Shown here: positions 52,886-64,000 of the stretch, one piece after another
Position numbering within the stretch: position 1 is the first letter of the stretch
Layout of the letters: every line of letters starts with the position of its first letter
Assembly: GCA_964016885.1 (NCBI GenBank)
Contig: OZ024743.1
Span: 242,110,001 to 242,174,000 of the forward strand
Source: Eledone cirrhosa
Lineage: Eukaryota
DNA: 64,000 nt
Direction of reading: 5' to 3'
Position numbers and translations under genes: made by a program
The notes under the pieces: model-generated
What the model was told of the DNA's origin: nothing
The model's input: the letters and a program-made list of their open reading frames with translations, nothing else
The model's database searches: none

Positions 52886-53606
52886 TGGTGCCTTAATCTG
52901 TTCTTGCAGCAAGGGTGGTTTGGGCTATTTGTGGGGATGAGGAGAGTGGTGTATGCATGTATGTATGTATGTATGTATATGTAAGTATGAACATCCTGTT
53001 GACTTATCAGACAATGGAAAATTTTGAAATGCAGTCGCCCCAACGTAAATGACCAAAACAACAGCCAATTTCATGTTGTGTGTGTGTGTGTGTACATAGG
53101 TTTGTTTGTTAATATCTATGTTTACGTTTATTCGTTATTTCTCTCAATATACCGGTTCGACAAAAGATTGCTAGAATAAATACTAGACTTGAAACCAAAT
53201 AGGTTAAGAGGTCTATATAATTTGGTTAAGCTCATGATGTGATATTTCATCTCGACGTCACTTTAATCACTGAATCCAATGAAAGAATATTTATATATTT
53301 GTCAACCGCAGATCTTCCGCCGACTATACTAAACTTACAAGTCTCAGGGCAAATCAAACCCCTATTAGAAATCAATTTTCCTAGGAGCTTCAGTGTAAGA
53401 TCGAACACAGAATTACATGACTGTGAAGCGAACATCTTATCCACACTCCCATATCTTTTTATTTCCCCCACGTTTTTCCCTAAAATTTGCAAGAAACTAA
53501 AGTTAGACACTAATAGATGTTTCAGTAGATATCCGGTTATTTTCATCAATTATGAAACATATAATCAATACTTATTCCACCCTTCGTCATAAAACGAAAA
53601 CGCGTG

Positions 53607-53661
<55 letters not shown>

Positions 53662-53778
53662 TCGTGGCGCTTATCTAGCAAAACATTATTCTTTACATCT
53701 ATTCAAAATAAATACTTCATGCACATATATCACATACATACACAAAAAACACACTAGGACATACAATAAATAATAGGC

Positions 53779-53858
<80 letters not shown>

Positions 53859-54574
53859 GTATATATATATGTATATATATATATATTATGCATATGTCTT
53901 TTTTATCATTCAGATTATTTAAAATGTTGTGACCAACAGTTTCAATTTCTTTCAAAGAAAAAAATCGTCTGATGTCTGAGTCGTTGTCGGTTGCTTTAAG
54001 CCCGTTATGTAATTACCAACCAGAAACATATATAATAGTAAACCGCCCTCTTCCCTTCAATTTTTGATTTTTCCTTCTTTCATTCATTCATTTGTTTTAT
54101 TTACTTTTTCTTCTTTTATCATCTCTTAAATTTTTTCTTTGAAATTATTTTTTTAAATTTGCTTTTACTTCATCTTTATCCTAATCGTTTTGGAGAGTTC
54201 TTTTGTTGTTTTGTTTTCATCTTATCATTTCTTCTTATTCCTTTTTCCTCTCTCATTATCATTTTTCGCTTCCTTTCCCCCACCCGCTAGGTTTCCATTC
54301 CTAATTTTAGTCCAAATTATTTGCAGCTTTAATCTCATTTAGATTGAACAAGTCTTGTCCACTTTAGTTTTCTTAATCACTAGAAGCCGCTGTTTCACGA
54401 TAATGTTCTGTGATAAAGATATTTTGAATCTATTGAAAGTCGGTTCAATAATTGATTGATTGATTCGTTATGGCGCACATTAGTTAGTAGATTATCCGCC
54501 AAGCAAACCGACAGAGAGAGATACAACGCAAACCAACGCAAGGATACAGCAATACACACGCACTAACATACAGA

Positions 54575-54650
<76 letters not shown>

Positions 54651-55674
54651 CATACTTTGCTCACTACCTTGCTTCATTAGTCAGTTCAAATTTAACAAGA
54701 CGCCATTGAAATGAAATAACCGAAGTTCTTTCAACTAAGATGGACGCGACGTGAAAACGTAACAGTCTACAGTGTTTAGCAAAGAGAGAAGAAGCTGGAA
54801 AATGACGTCCCAAGCTGTCAATCAGAATCTCATTCCTCACCATTTTAAAGATTGTAACAATTTTTTTATATTTTACTTTTTTATGTTGACGCTTAATTCG
54901 AATGGAAATTTTAAAGAGATAAACTAGAATCGCAGGAAATGAAATCACACAAAGCACAGAAAGCAGAAAAGGAAATTCTCGGGCTCTTTACTGTTTAGTA
55001 GGACTACCCTTTCATTGTAGGGTCAAGACAGCGAACAGAATAACGAGCCACCTTCTCATAGACCATCAGTGTAAATCTGCTGAAAGCGTTTTATTGTGGA
55101 AAGAAGCTTTCTATATATACCCTATGAAAGAATACCCACTACATATCCCATTGATAAAATTGATAGACTTCCAGCTACATACCTGATAGAGAGGAACTCT
55201 CTGTATATTTGGTGGCAAGACTCCTGCACTATAAACCTCATATATACCTGATGGAAAGAACACGCCTTCCCTTAACATCCTTGATGCAAGGAATCCCTGG
55301 AATGGACCTGCATTGGTTTCGATAATTGATGTTCCAGTTGTTTAATCAACAAAACAAGTTATATCGAGTAAGCGGGTGGGCATTCCACAGGCACGTGTAC
55401 CCTCAAAGTAATTTTTAAGGATACTTAAACAGTGTGGGACAAGCCTAGTCCTTTCTATTACAGTTTCAGTCCATCCCAAAAGCTTCCAGATAGTTTCCAT
55501 CTACACAATTTTACTCACAAGGTATGAGCTGGCCAGACATTATAATAAATGGCATTTGCTCAAGATTCGGCACAGTGGGATCCAACACGGGACCCAATTA
55601 TTGCCAGGCGAAATCCTTAAACATTCCGCTATACTGTGTCTACATGTAAAGAAACCATATACATGCATACAATA

Positions 55675-56040
55675 ATGATTTTTAGTATACGCACAAAGCC
55701 AGTAATTTGGCGGGAAGGGAAAGTCGACTAAATCGACCCCAGTACGTTACTGGTGCTTTATTTTATCGATTAACCTCGGCGGGATTTGAAATCAGACCGT
55801 AAAGGATCATAAGTCTATGCAACAAAGCATGCTGTCCCACCCTACCGATACTGCCAATCCACCGCCCTTATACATGCATACAATAATAAATATTAAATAA
55901 TTGTTTTATACTTAACATTGAACATTAATTACTTAACCCGCCGAGGTTAACTTTGCCTTTCATCCTTACGGGGTCGATAAAATAAAGTACCAGTAATGTA
56001 CTAGATAATTGGTGGCCTTGTGCCAAAAGTAGAAACAATT
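55675..56040. mobile_element. Family-1 SINEs (minus copy 55675-55866; plus 3' half 55937-56040)
   Basis: Central domain and ends recognisable. Confidence 0.85.
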
Positions 56041-56151
56041 AATTACTTAACTCTATATCTAGTGAATAAATAAGAAGCAGCTAACAATCGAAAATGTGAT
56101 GTGGATAGATAACAGATGTTTTATTGTGTTTATTTGATTTAACTTGGTGCC

Positions 56152-56197
<46 letters not shown>

Positions 56198-56199
<2 letters not shown>

Positions 56200-56409
56200 C
56201 AAAGGAAGTGTGGTAAGGGACCAGACGGACCATAACGCACCAGAGTACTTAATACTTAGGGTAGTAGAGTGGGTAATAAGAAAATGTTCAAGATCCCGAC
56301 AGCAGAGCTCAAGCCGTTTCGACAGCTATTTCTGGACTACTACTCTAGTCCAGAAATAGCCGTCGAAAAGGCTTGAGCTCTGCCGTCGGGGTCTTGAACA
56401 TTTTCTTAT
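56198..56409 (-). mobile_element. Family B hairpin+tail element, copy 5
   Basis: ~63-bp arms around ctactc; shared tail on the left; TA flanks. Confidence 0.85.
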
Positions 56410-56469
56410 ATATATATATATATATATATATATTCATATATATACATACACACATATATATATATATAA

Positions 56470-56600
56470 AATATTATAAAACAAGAAGGAATAATAGATA
56501 CAATATACCTATTTTTTCTTCGCCCCGACTGTACAGTTTCGCTGGTCACTATGCAAAAATGTTATATCATTGATATGTAACATTGTTGTGAGGTACCAGC
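56470..56600 (-). mobile_element. Element fragment with hammerhead stem II and 3' half
   Basis: Minus strand gctggt...long hairpin...accagc-GAAAC-tgtaca-GTC; palindromic helix III; no stem I partner. Confidence 0.55.
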
Positions 56601-56691
56601 TTATTCAATTTCATCTTTTTTCCTTATACGTTCACTCGTGTAGGACATCTCGTCTTTTTCATTTTGGAAAGTTGAAAAAAAAGCCTCATTC

Positions 56692-56749
<58 letters not shown>

Positions 56750-56758
56750 GAATAATCG

Positions 56759-56783
<25 letters not shown>

Positions 56784-56792
<9 letters not shown>

Positions 56793-57390
56793 GAGGCTTT
56801 TTTTTTTTCTTCTTTCCAAAATGAAAAATATATATATAGCGAACCTGCAACCATTAAGGTTGTTCTTCTGCGGGTATGTCAACATTTATAAAACAAATTT
56901 TGTATTTTATCTGATGAAAGCGCACCAATATTTGCCTTGGTTGCCCTTGAAATATATATAATAAAATAATTATGGTTTTATAAATATAGTTTCCATTTAT
57001 TAATACAATGAATATTTACTCCACTAAATTGTTGAGTGCTTTATATCAGTTATAAATCTTTTAAGTTTGTTGAATTCCAACAAATTAAATATAACCTTTG
57101 TATATATATATATACAAAGTTTTATAACTGATATAAAGTACTCAACAGTTTAGTGGAGTAAATATTCATTGTATTAATAAATGGAAACTATATTTATAAA
57201 ACCATAATTATTTTATTATATATATTTCAAGGGCAATCAAGGCAAATATTGGTGCGCTTTCAGCAGATAAAATACAAAATTTGTTTTATAAATGTTGACA
57301 TACCCGCAGAAGAACAACCTTAATGGTTGGAGGTTCGCTATATATATATTTTTCATTTTGGAAAGAAGAAAAATAAGCCTCATTTTCTAA
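56784..57390. mobile_element. Inverted repeat with ~270-bp arms carrying hammerheads
   Basis: Arms 56784-57056 and 57121-57390; TA flanks. Confidence 0.85.
56904..56967 (+). ncRNA. Minimal type-I hammerhead ribozyme
   Basis: attttat-CTGATGA-aagcgca...tgccctt-GAAAT-atat-ATA-ataaaat; 7-bp stem I. Confidence 0.72.
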
Positions 57391-57725
57391 TATATATATA
57401 GTGAAAGTATAAGGAAAAAAGATGAAATCGAAAATGCAACTGAAGTCTTTTTAAGAATATTTATTTGGTTCCTTTACCGGTTCTACAGTTCTTATGCTTT
57501 TCGAAAGTAGAATTGAGATGGAGGGTTTGTAGTTTTTGTAAATAGGGAGACACAAAGCAGGCTTTGTTTAGAAGCGGCTAGCGAATTTGTTGAAAATTAG
57601 GTATTAACATGTGCTAATGCCGTATTTGACTAAATAGAATTAGTCTGTTAATTGGGATTTAAAAAAACCCACTCTGAATGGAAAAAAAGGATGAGTATTG
57701 ACGTACATGGGACACGAATCCACAT

Positions 57726-57775
<50 letters not shown>

Positions 57776-57945
57776 AAAGAAAATTTTGCTCTAAATTGCT
57801 GAATACAATAAATGTAATCTGAGTTTTTCGAATATTAATAATAACATTCGATTCGTTTGCAATTTCGCAAACAAGCCTCAATTTTATAGCCATGTCAGTA
57901 GGATGAACACTTCATTATTGCTCTGGTGTTGGCATGTAAACAGAA

Positions 57946-57990
57946 CTGCAGACACTAATGTTTCTGGGTATCACTCTTCGTCAGTACAGC
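57946..57990 (-). ncRNA. Type-I hammerhead ribozyme
   Basis: ctgta-CTGACGA-agagtgataccca-GAAAC-attagt-GTC-tgcag. Confidence 0.75.
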
Positions 57991-58379
57991 TCACTGTTCA
58001 CCTGCCAAACTGTCAGAGCTAGTGAAAATATATGCTATTTTCAAAAATACACAGTCACTGATCGGCCTGATATGCATATTAGCAGACTGCTGGTTGATCA
58101 GTCATATCTGCATATTAGCAAATCCACTGATCAGCCAGATTTGCATATCAGCAGACTGGCCAGTCAGGTTCCTGTATACGGCTTTGCCAAATTCAAATGA
58201 AAAAGAAAAATTTCGTTCTACATGGCTGAATACAATAAAAGTAATCTTAGTTTTTCGAATATTAATAATAACATTCGATTCATTTGCAATTTTGCAAACA
58301 TGCCTCAGTTTTATAGCCATGTCAGTAGAATGAACACTTCATTCTTTGCCCTTGTGTTGGCATGCAAACAGAACTGCAG

Positions 58380-58423
58380 CTGTACTGATGAAGGGTGATA
58401 CCCAGAAACATTAGTGTCTGCAG
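58380..58423 (+). ncRNA. Type-I hammerhead ribozyme
   Basis: ctgta-CTGATGA-a-gggt-gat-accc-a-GAAAC-attagt-GTC-tgcag; canonical core, stems I and II pair. Confidence 0.82.
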
Positions 58424-59009
58424 TTCTGTTCGCATGCCAACACAAGAGCAAGAATGAAGTGTTCATTCTACTGATATGGCTATAAAATTGAGGCTTGTTT
58501 GCAAAATTGCAAACGAATCGAATGTTATTATTAATATTCGAAAAACTCAGATTACATTTATTATATATATATATATACCCAATACAAATTGTAGGTCATT
58601 GTTGTGTGCATGACAAATTATCTACTAACTGGACTATTGCCGTCATCGATGACTAGGTATTTGGTGTCGCATTTCTGTCCATAGCATTTGCTAGTTTTAC
58701 TTCAGATGCTCAGGTCACCCGGATTAAAAAACAAGAAGTGTTTATCTTTTTCATGTTAGAATATTCAGAAACTTTACAAGTGGGAGGTGTGAAATTTCTC
58801 AAATGACTGAAGAAAAATTCCTTAAGATTTAATTTTTCTCTGCTTTTCCTTCGTTACTTCCTAACATGATCGCACACATGAGACATCTTTACCTCATATG
58901 TTGATGTATTTTAACTAAGCACATTTAGTTTTGTATTTCAAAGAAACGAAGTATGTTGATGGCATGATTTGCATGTCTTTACTAAACAGCAGTAAAGGTT
59001 GATATTGAT

Positions 59010-59142
59010 TGTATGGTATGGCGTTCATATCTTTACCAATCTCTAGTAGTGAATGTTGATGGTATGATGGCGTTCATATCTTTACCAGTCACTAGTAGTG
59101 GATGTTGATGGTATGATGGCGTTCATACCTTTACCAGTCATC
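59010..59142. repeat. 49-bp tandem repeat, ~2.7 copies
   Basis: gcgttcata at 59021, 59070 and 59119. Confidence 0.88.
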
Positions 59143-59217
59143 ATTAATGGTTTAAATTAAATAAAATGATTATCAATGAGAATCCAACCAACGTTACTCA
59201 CTCAGATTTCCACGGCA

Positions 59218-59360
59218 TATGGCACTAAATATTGATTGTTTGATTTCTTACTGTGTCACTAAGTATCGGTTAATTTTTTACTGTCTCTCTAAGTGTTGAT
59301 TATTTTCTTTCTGTGTAACTAAGTATTGATTTCGTACTACGGCACTAAATATTGATTGAG
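59218..59360. repeat. Degenerate ~30-bp tandem repeat, ~5 copies
   Basis: Recurring ctaa(a/g)t(a/g)ttgatt. Confidence 0.6.
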
Positions 59361-61005
59361 AGATCTGTAAATGATGGGATAAAGTCCAGCCTATAGATCT
59401 CCCTAACAGTTATTTTATTGACTCCAGGACAGTATTTATATCGTTTAGTCAAAGAGAGAAGGACAATACCTGTTACACTTTCAGGGCTTCTGAGATTAGT
59501 TTTGGAATGGCGTCATGTTAAAGTTAAACTGACTAATGAAGCAAGGTAGTGAGCAATGTATGGACTCTGTGTGTGTGTATTACTTTAACTTTGCGTTGAT
59601 TTGGGTTGTATTTCTGTCGGTTTGCTTGGCAGATAATCTACTAAGATTCTCTAAGCTCATAGGTATGTCCTAAATACTTGTTGCAGTAAGAACTCCACTA
59701 AAAATACCCAAGAGTCAGGTGGTGATGTTAAACCTGCCCATAGATTACGTCTCCTACCAACGTAGGTCACATAGGTATTTTAACTTTGAACGCAAAGACC
59801 TAGACCAAATACTACAAAGAATTTCATCCGACATAAACAATTTCACCAATTCACTATCTTGGACTGGTACTTTATTTTATCGACCACAAAAGGATGAATA
59901 GCAAAATTGACCAGCTAAGGATTTAAACTGTAGAATTTGAAAGGTAAATTCTAAACTAGTAGGATTTAAAATCTGAATGCAGAAAAGTAAAATAAATTTT
60001 ACTTTCTAACATTAAGAGAAGGCCACAAATTTGAGGTTAGTCGTTTAGATTTACCTTAGTACTTGACTTGTACATTATTTTATCGAGCTTTTCAAGATAT
60101 TTTGTCCAACATTCCGGGGGTCTGCTGGATGTTTAGTCTGGCATTGTTACAGACACAACAAACACGAAGACAAACCCATTGATTACGTTTAACCAACGAG
60201 GAAACGTTTATGTGACTGCTCAATCAGCTGGAAATAGCAACCAAATCTCCTTGGAATCTCAACCTACCGCTTTAATAGATGAAGAAGACATTAGAAATAA
60301 TTCTGTTTGGCAGTGGGGAAGATGAATTGTTACGGTTAGGAATCCTTAAAACATAGCGCCACTAATCAGAGATTACTGGGATCAAATCGACAAACAGTAA
60401 CACCCTATATACGTTAAATGTTTCAAAACATCTCATATTGTTTGAGGCTATAATTTACGTAGAAATTAACATAACAGAACCAGCTGCTTCTCAGTATGTA
60501 ATTCTAATTTGATTATATCATGTTTCTCAATTCATATCTCGCCAGTGTTGGCTCGACATTGTCTTTCATCTCTCATCTCTGGCAAGTCGATAATACAAGT
60601 ACAAATAATAAAGTCGATTAAATCGACTTTATCCTCGCCCTACCACATTCCTCCGAAGACGTAGAGTAGCCTAAATATTGTCTAGGAAGGAAATCAATAT
60701 TTCACATTATAATAGCCATGAAGTGCCATGAAACAAGTAGTGCTAAGCTGCCTGCCGGGGTGATGAACTGGGGAGGCCGCTAGTATGGCTGTGTGTTTAT
60801 AAGCTTGCTTTGCAACCGATTGTTTCCAGGTTCGAACACATGTAGTTTTATGTATATATATCTAATTAAGGATAATTTTCAAAAGAGGACAGAAACGAAA
60901 ACAATGTTAAGTAAGGTACTCAATACATTAAGTAGAGAAGATGCAAATTCCTAATGATGCCAAATTAATAAAACAGTTCTGGTCCTGTAAATGCCATTTC
61001 TATTT

Positions 61006-61075
<70 letters not shown>

Positions 61076-61087
61076 TATATTTATATA

Positions 61088-61191
61088 TAGGAGAAAGTAT
61101 GACCCAGACGGCAGAGCTCAAACCGTTTCGACGGCTATTTCTGGACTAAGGTGCGTTATGATCCATTTGGTTCCTTACCACAACTCCTTCG

Positions 61192-61192
<1 letters not shown>
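61088..61192 (+). mobile_element. Family B element, copy 6 (internally deleted)
   Basis: Inverted arm joined directly to the distal tail ggtgcgttatgatcc; TA flanks. Confidence 0.75.
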
Positions 61193-61259
<67 letters not shown>

Positions 61260-61480
61260 TGTATGAATATATATACATACATACATACATACATACATAC
61301 ATACATACGTGCGTACATACATATACATATATATATATATCCATACATTTCTTTATGATACATATATATGTTTGCGTGTGTGTGTGTGTGTGTGTTTGTG
61401 TGTGTTTGTGTGTTTGCGTGTGTTTGTATATAAGTCTGCGGTGGCAAGACAGGGGAGACCACAAGAGGATTTATACTTTC

Positions 61481-61517
<37 letters not shown>

Positions 61518-61911
61518 CACACACAACACATACACACACACATATATATATATATTCATCATTACTACATTACTATCTTATATTCGTTGTACCTATTCTT
61601 GTGTTGTCTCAGTCATAAGACACTTTTCCGGTTTTAATTTTAATGTTTAGTTTATTAATATATTTTGTTGCTTTATTACATTCTGTTGTCTGTGAAAAGA
61701 TATTCCATTTGTTTAACTACCTACTTACTATTCTGTTCCTTTCTCTTTATTGTCTATGTCTACCGTTGTTCTCTTTTATACATATACAAGCACATAAAAA
61801 CAGATACACATGTTATTTATCGATAATGTACCCAGTAACTGCAGTGTTCCTTCACATATTTTTATGCTCATTCCCTCCAGTATATCTGTATGTGCTTTTA
61901 TTGTTTATATT

Positions 61912-61986
<75 letters not shown>

Positions 61987-62092
61987 TATATATGTATGTA
62001 TGTGTGTATGTATGTATGTATGTATGTATGTATGTATGTATGTATGTATGTATGTATGTATGTATGTATGTATGTATGTATGTATGGATGGA

Positions 62093-63220
62093 TATTGGGT
62101 TGGACAGAAATTTTCCGCTGTTTTGCAAAAGGAGATATTTTGGTAGAGTTTTCTGGAAATATTGAAGGTCGTGCATGCGCACATACATATATAGGGAGTA
62201 CCGTTATTTCTCATTTTCTGTTACACCGTTTAAAGGGAAACAACATGGATCTATCCAAATTGTTTAATCGTGGCTGTTTACTTTATGACTTCAAATCGGG
62301 CCTAAGCGTAGCAGCATCGAGTTGTCGCATTAAAATGCAATTGGGTCACTCACAATATCTCAACGCAATATCAGGGACTATTTCATACGCTTCCGTTCTG
62401 GTGATTACAGCCTTGAAAGTCGACCTTGTGCTGGACGAAGTGCTTCGAAACCTGCAACAAAACATCGAAAACAGCCATCCCCAATCACTTGCATGCAATA
62501 GAGCAGGTGTCCAATCTAAACCATTGCGTGCCCCATAATCTGACTCATCGTAATCGTGAATGTTGAGCGGCAGCTGCGAATTTTCTGCCCTCCTACTGTC
62601 CCACAAACAACTGGTTACGTTCCAATGTCACTGGTGATGATAAATGCCAAGCGCAAGCGATCATAGGTTGATAAAGTGAGTGTAATACAACGGCAAGCAA
62701 AGGCTGGCCTTCACCATCGCAAGGCCCTACAGAGCGTCTGTTGGAACTGGAAAGGTGTCATCCGCTACGAGCTGCTCCCACTGAACAGCAGCATAACCTC
62801 TGACGTCTACTGCCAACAACTTGGCAGATTAGCGGCAAAATTTGTACAGGTGCATCCTCAACTCTTCGATTTATACATGATAACGCTCGGCCGAATACAG
62901 CAAGGATGGCTCGTGGGAATCTGCCGGAGCTAGGTTGAGAGATTCTGCCCCACGCGCCGTATTCGCCTAACCATGCGACTACAGACTATCAACTTTTTCT
63001 GACAATGAGCAATGTGATGCAATCAAAGACCTTCGCCAATGAAGACCAATTAAATCAGGAGCTGGCAGAATCCTTTGCACCGAAACCAGAAGAATTCTAT
63101 AGAGATGGAATCATGTGCCTTCCTCAATGATGGCAGACGGTAATCGCCAATGATGACAATTATTTTGACTTGTAACGTTTTCCTAATGTTAAAACAAAAA
63201 GAACTTTGTATCCAACTTTA
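62093..63220 (+). mobile_element. Decayed mariner (Tc1/mariner) DNA transposon
   Basis: Diverged ~30-bp TIRs (ta-ttgggttggacagaaa / tttgtatccaacttta-ta); LLYDFKSG HTH, VTGDDK, WNWKGVIRYELL, HDNARP, HAPYSPNHATTDY; frameshifts and stops. Confidence 0.92.
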
Positions 63221-63337
63221 TATATATATAGAGAGAGAGAGAGCGAGAGAGAGAGAATTAGTATACCTACCAACATATGTATACAGATGTATACTCATGC
63301 TAGCAAATATATATGTTATGTCTTAGTACCTTTGTGG

Positions 63338-63425
<88 letters not shown>

Positions 63426-63430
<5 letters not shown>

Positions 63431-63855
63431 AGTGTAAGTTTCTACACAAAACGAAGGTTATAGAGAAAATTGAGGTTGGTAATGGCACATGGAATATATA
63501 AGAGACAGAATACTTTTTTGGCAAAAAACATATAATTTAATAAGGTAAGGAAAGAATAAAGGGTATAAAAAATGACCGGTTTCGATGGGTCTGCAAAAGC
63601 CATCTTTTCAAATGTTGATTAATATTAAGAAAAATTAATAATAAGAAGAGTTAAAATTTGAGATTTGAAAATTCAAGTATAAAATTCAGTGTGGGATTTC
63701 ATAGTAGTTTTCATCTTGGTAGCAGCAAGTTGACTGCTGTGTGTCCCTTTCTGGTAGTGAATGAGGAATTATTTGTGGGGAGTGGTTTTTTTTTAAGGTC
63801 AGATTTAGCAATGGCCAGATGGCCAGCTGCTGGTCAGTGAGGGGGTGGAACCAAT
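63426..63855 (-). mobile_element. TA-embedded non-coding element with hammerhead
   Basis: Unique sequence between TA/CATA runs containing the motif at 63569-63616. Confidence 0.55.
63569..63616 (-). ncRNA. Minimal hammerhead ribozyme, U3-A8 core variant
   Basis: aacat-TTGAAAA-gatgg...ccatc-GAAAC-cg-GTC-atttt; 5-bp stem II, palindromic ccgg, one mismatch in stem I. Confidence 0.62.
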
Positions 63856-64000
63856 ATACATACATATATCTCCATGTGGTCGGTAGGAGAGGGGAGAGTG
63901 ATAGAAAGGGATTTAGTGCACTTACACCTATATATACACATACGCTCATCCACACACACATACATATACATATACATACATATATATATATACACACACA

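Larger units (their letters stand above)
57775..58563 (-). mobile_element. 428-nt-unit hammerhead element: two direct repeats plus one inverted arm
   Basis: 57775-57950 repeated at ~58200-58378; inverted copy 58419-58563; TA flanks. Confidence 0.88.

Overview
AT-rich, microsatellite-dense animal DNA; the repeat make-up suggests a mollusc, probably a cephalopod (inference). No host protein-coding gene is supported and most listed ORFs are simple-repeat artefacts. Identifiable content: a ~19 kb chain (28.0-46.9 kb) of retroelements in (TTA/TAA)n tracts, comprising three R4/Dong-type RT-RLE LINEs, one near full-length two-ORF Tx1/L1-type LINE and tandem tRNA-derived SINEs. Elsewhere are older Tx1, Dong and RTE fragments, a decayed mariner, a non-autonomous Helitron, a 40-bp minisatellite and a 1.4-kb GTT/GCT tract. 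The main hidden structure is a set of unrelated short non-coding elements inserted in (TA)n tracts, built as inverted arm + loop + arm + unpaired 3' tail. Several carry minimal type-I hammerhead ribozyme motifs, two with the compensatory U3-A8 core, and resemble non-autonomous Penelope-like elements or retrozymes. Coordinates were read by eye and may be off by a few bases.
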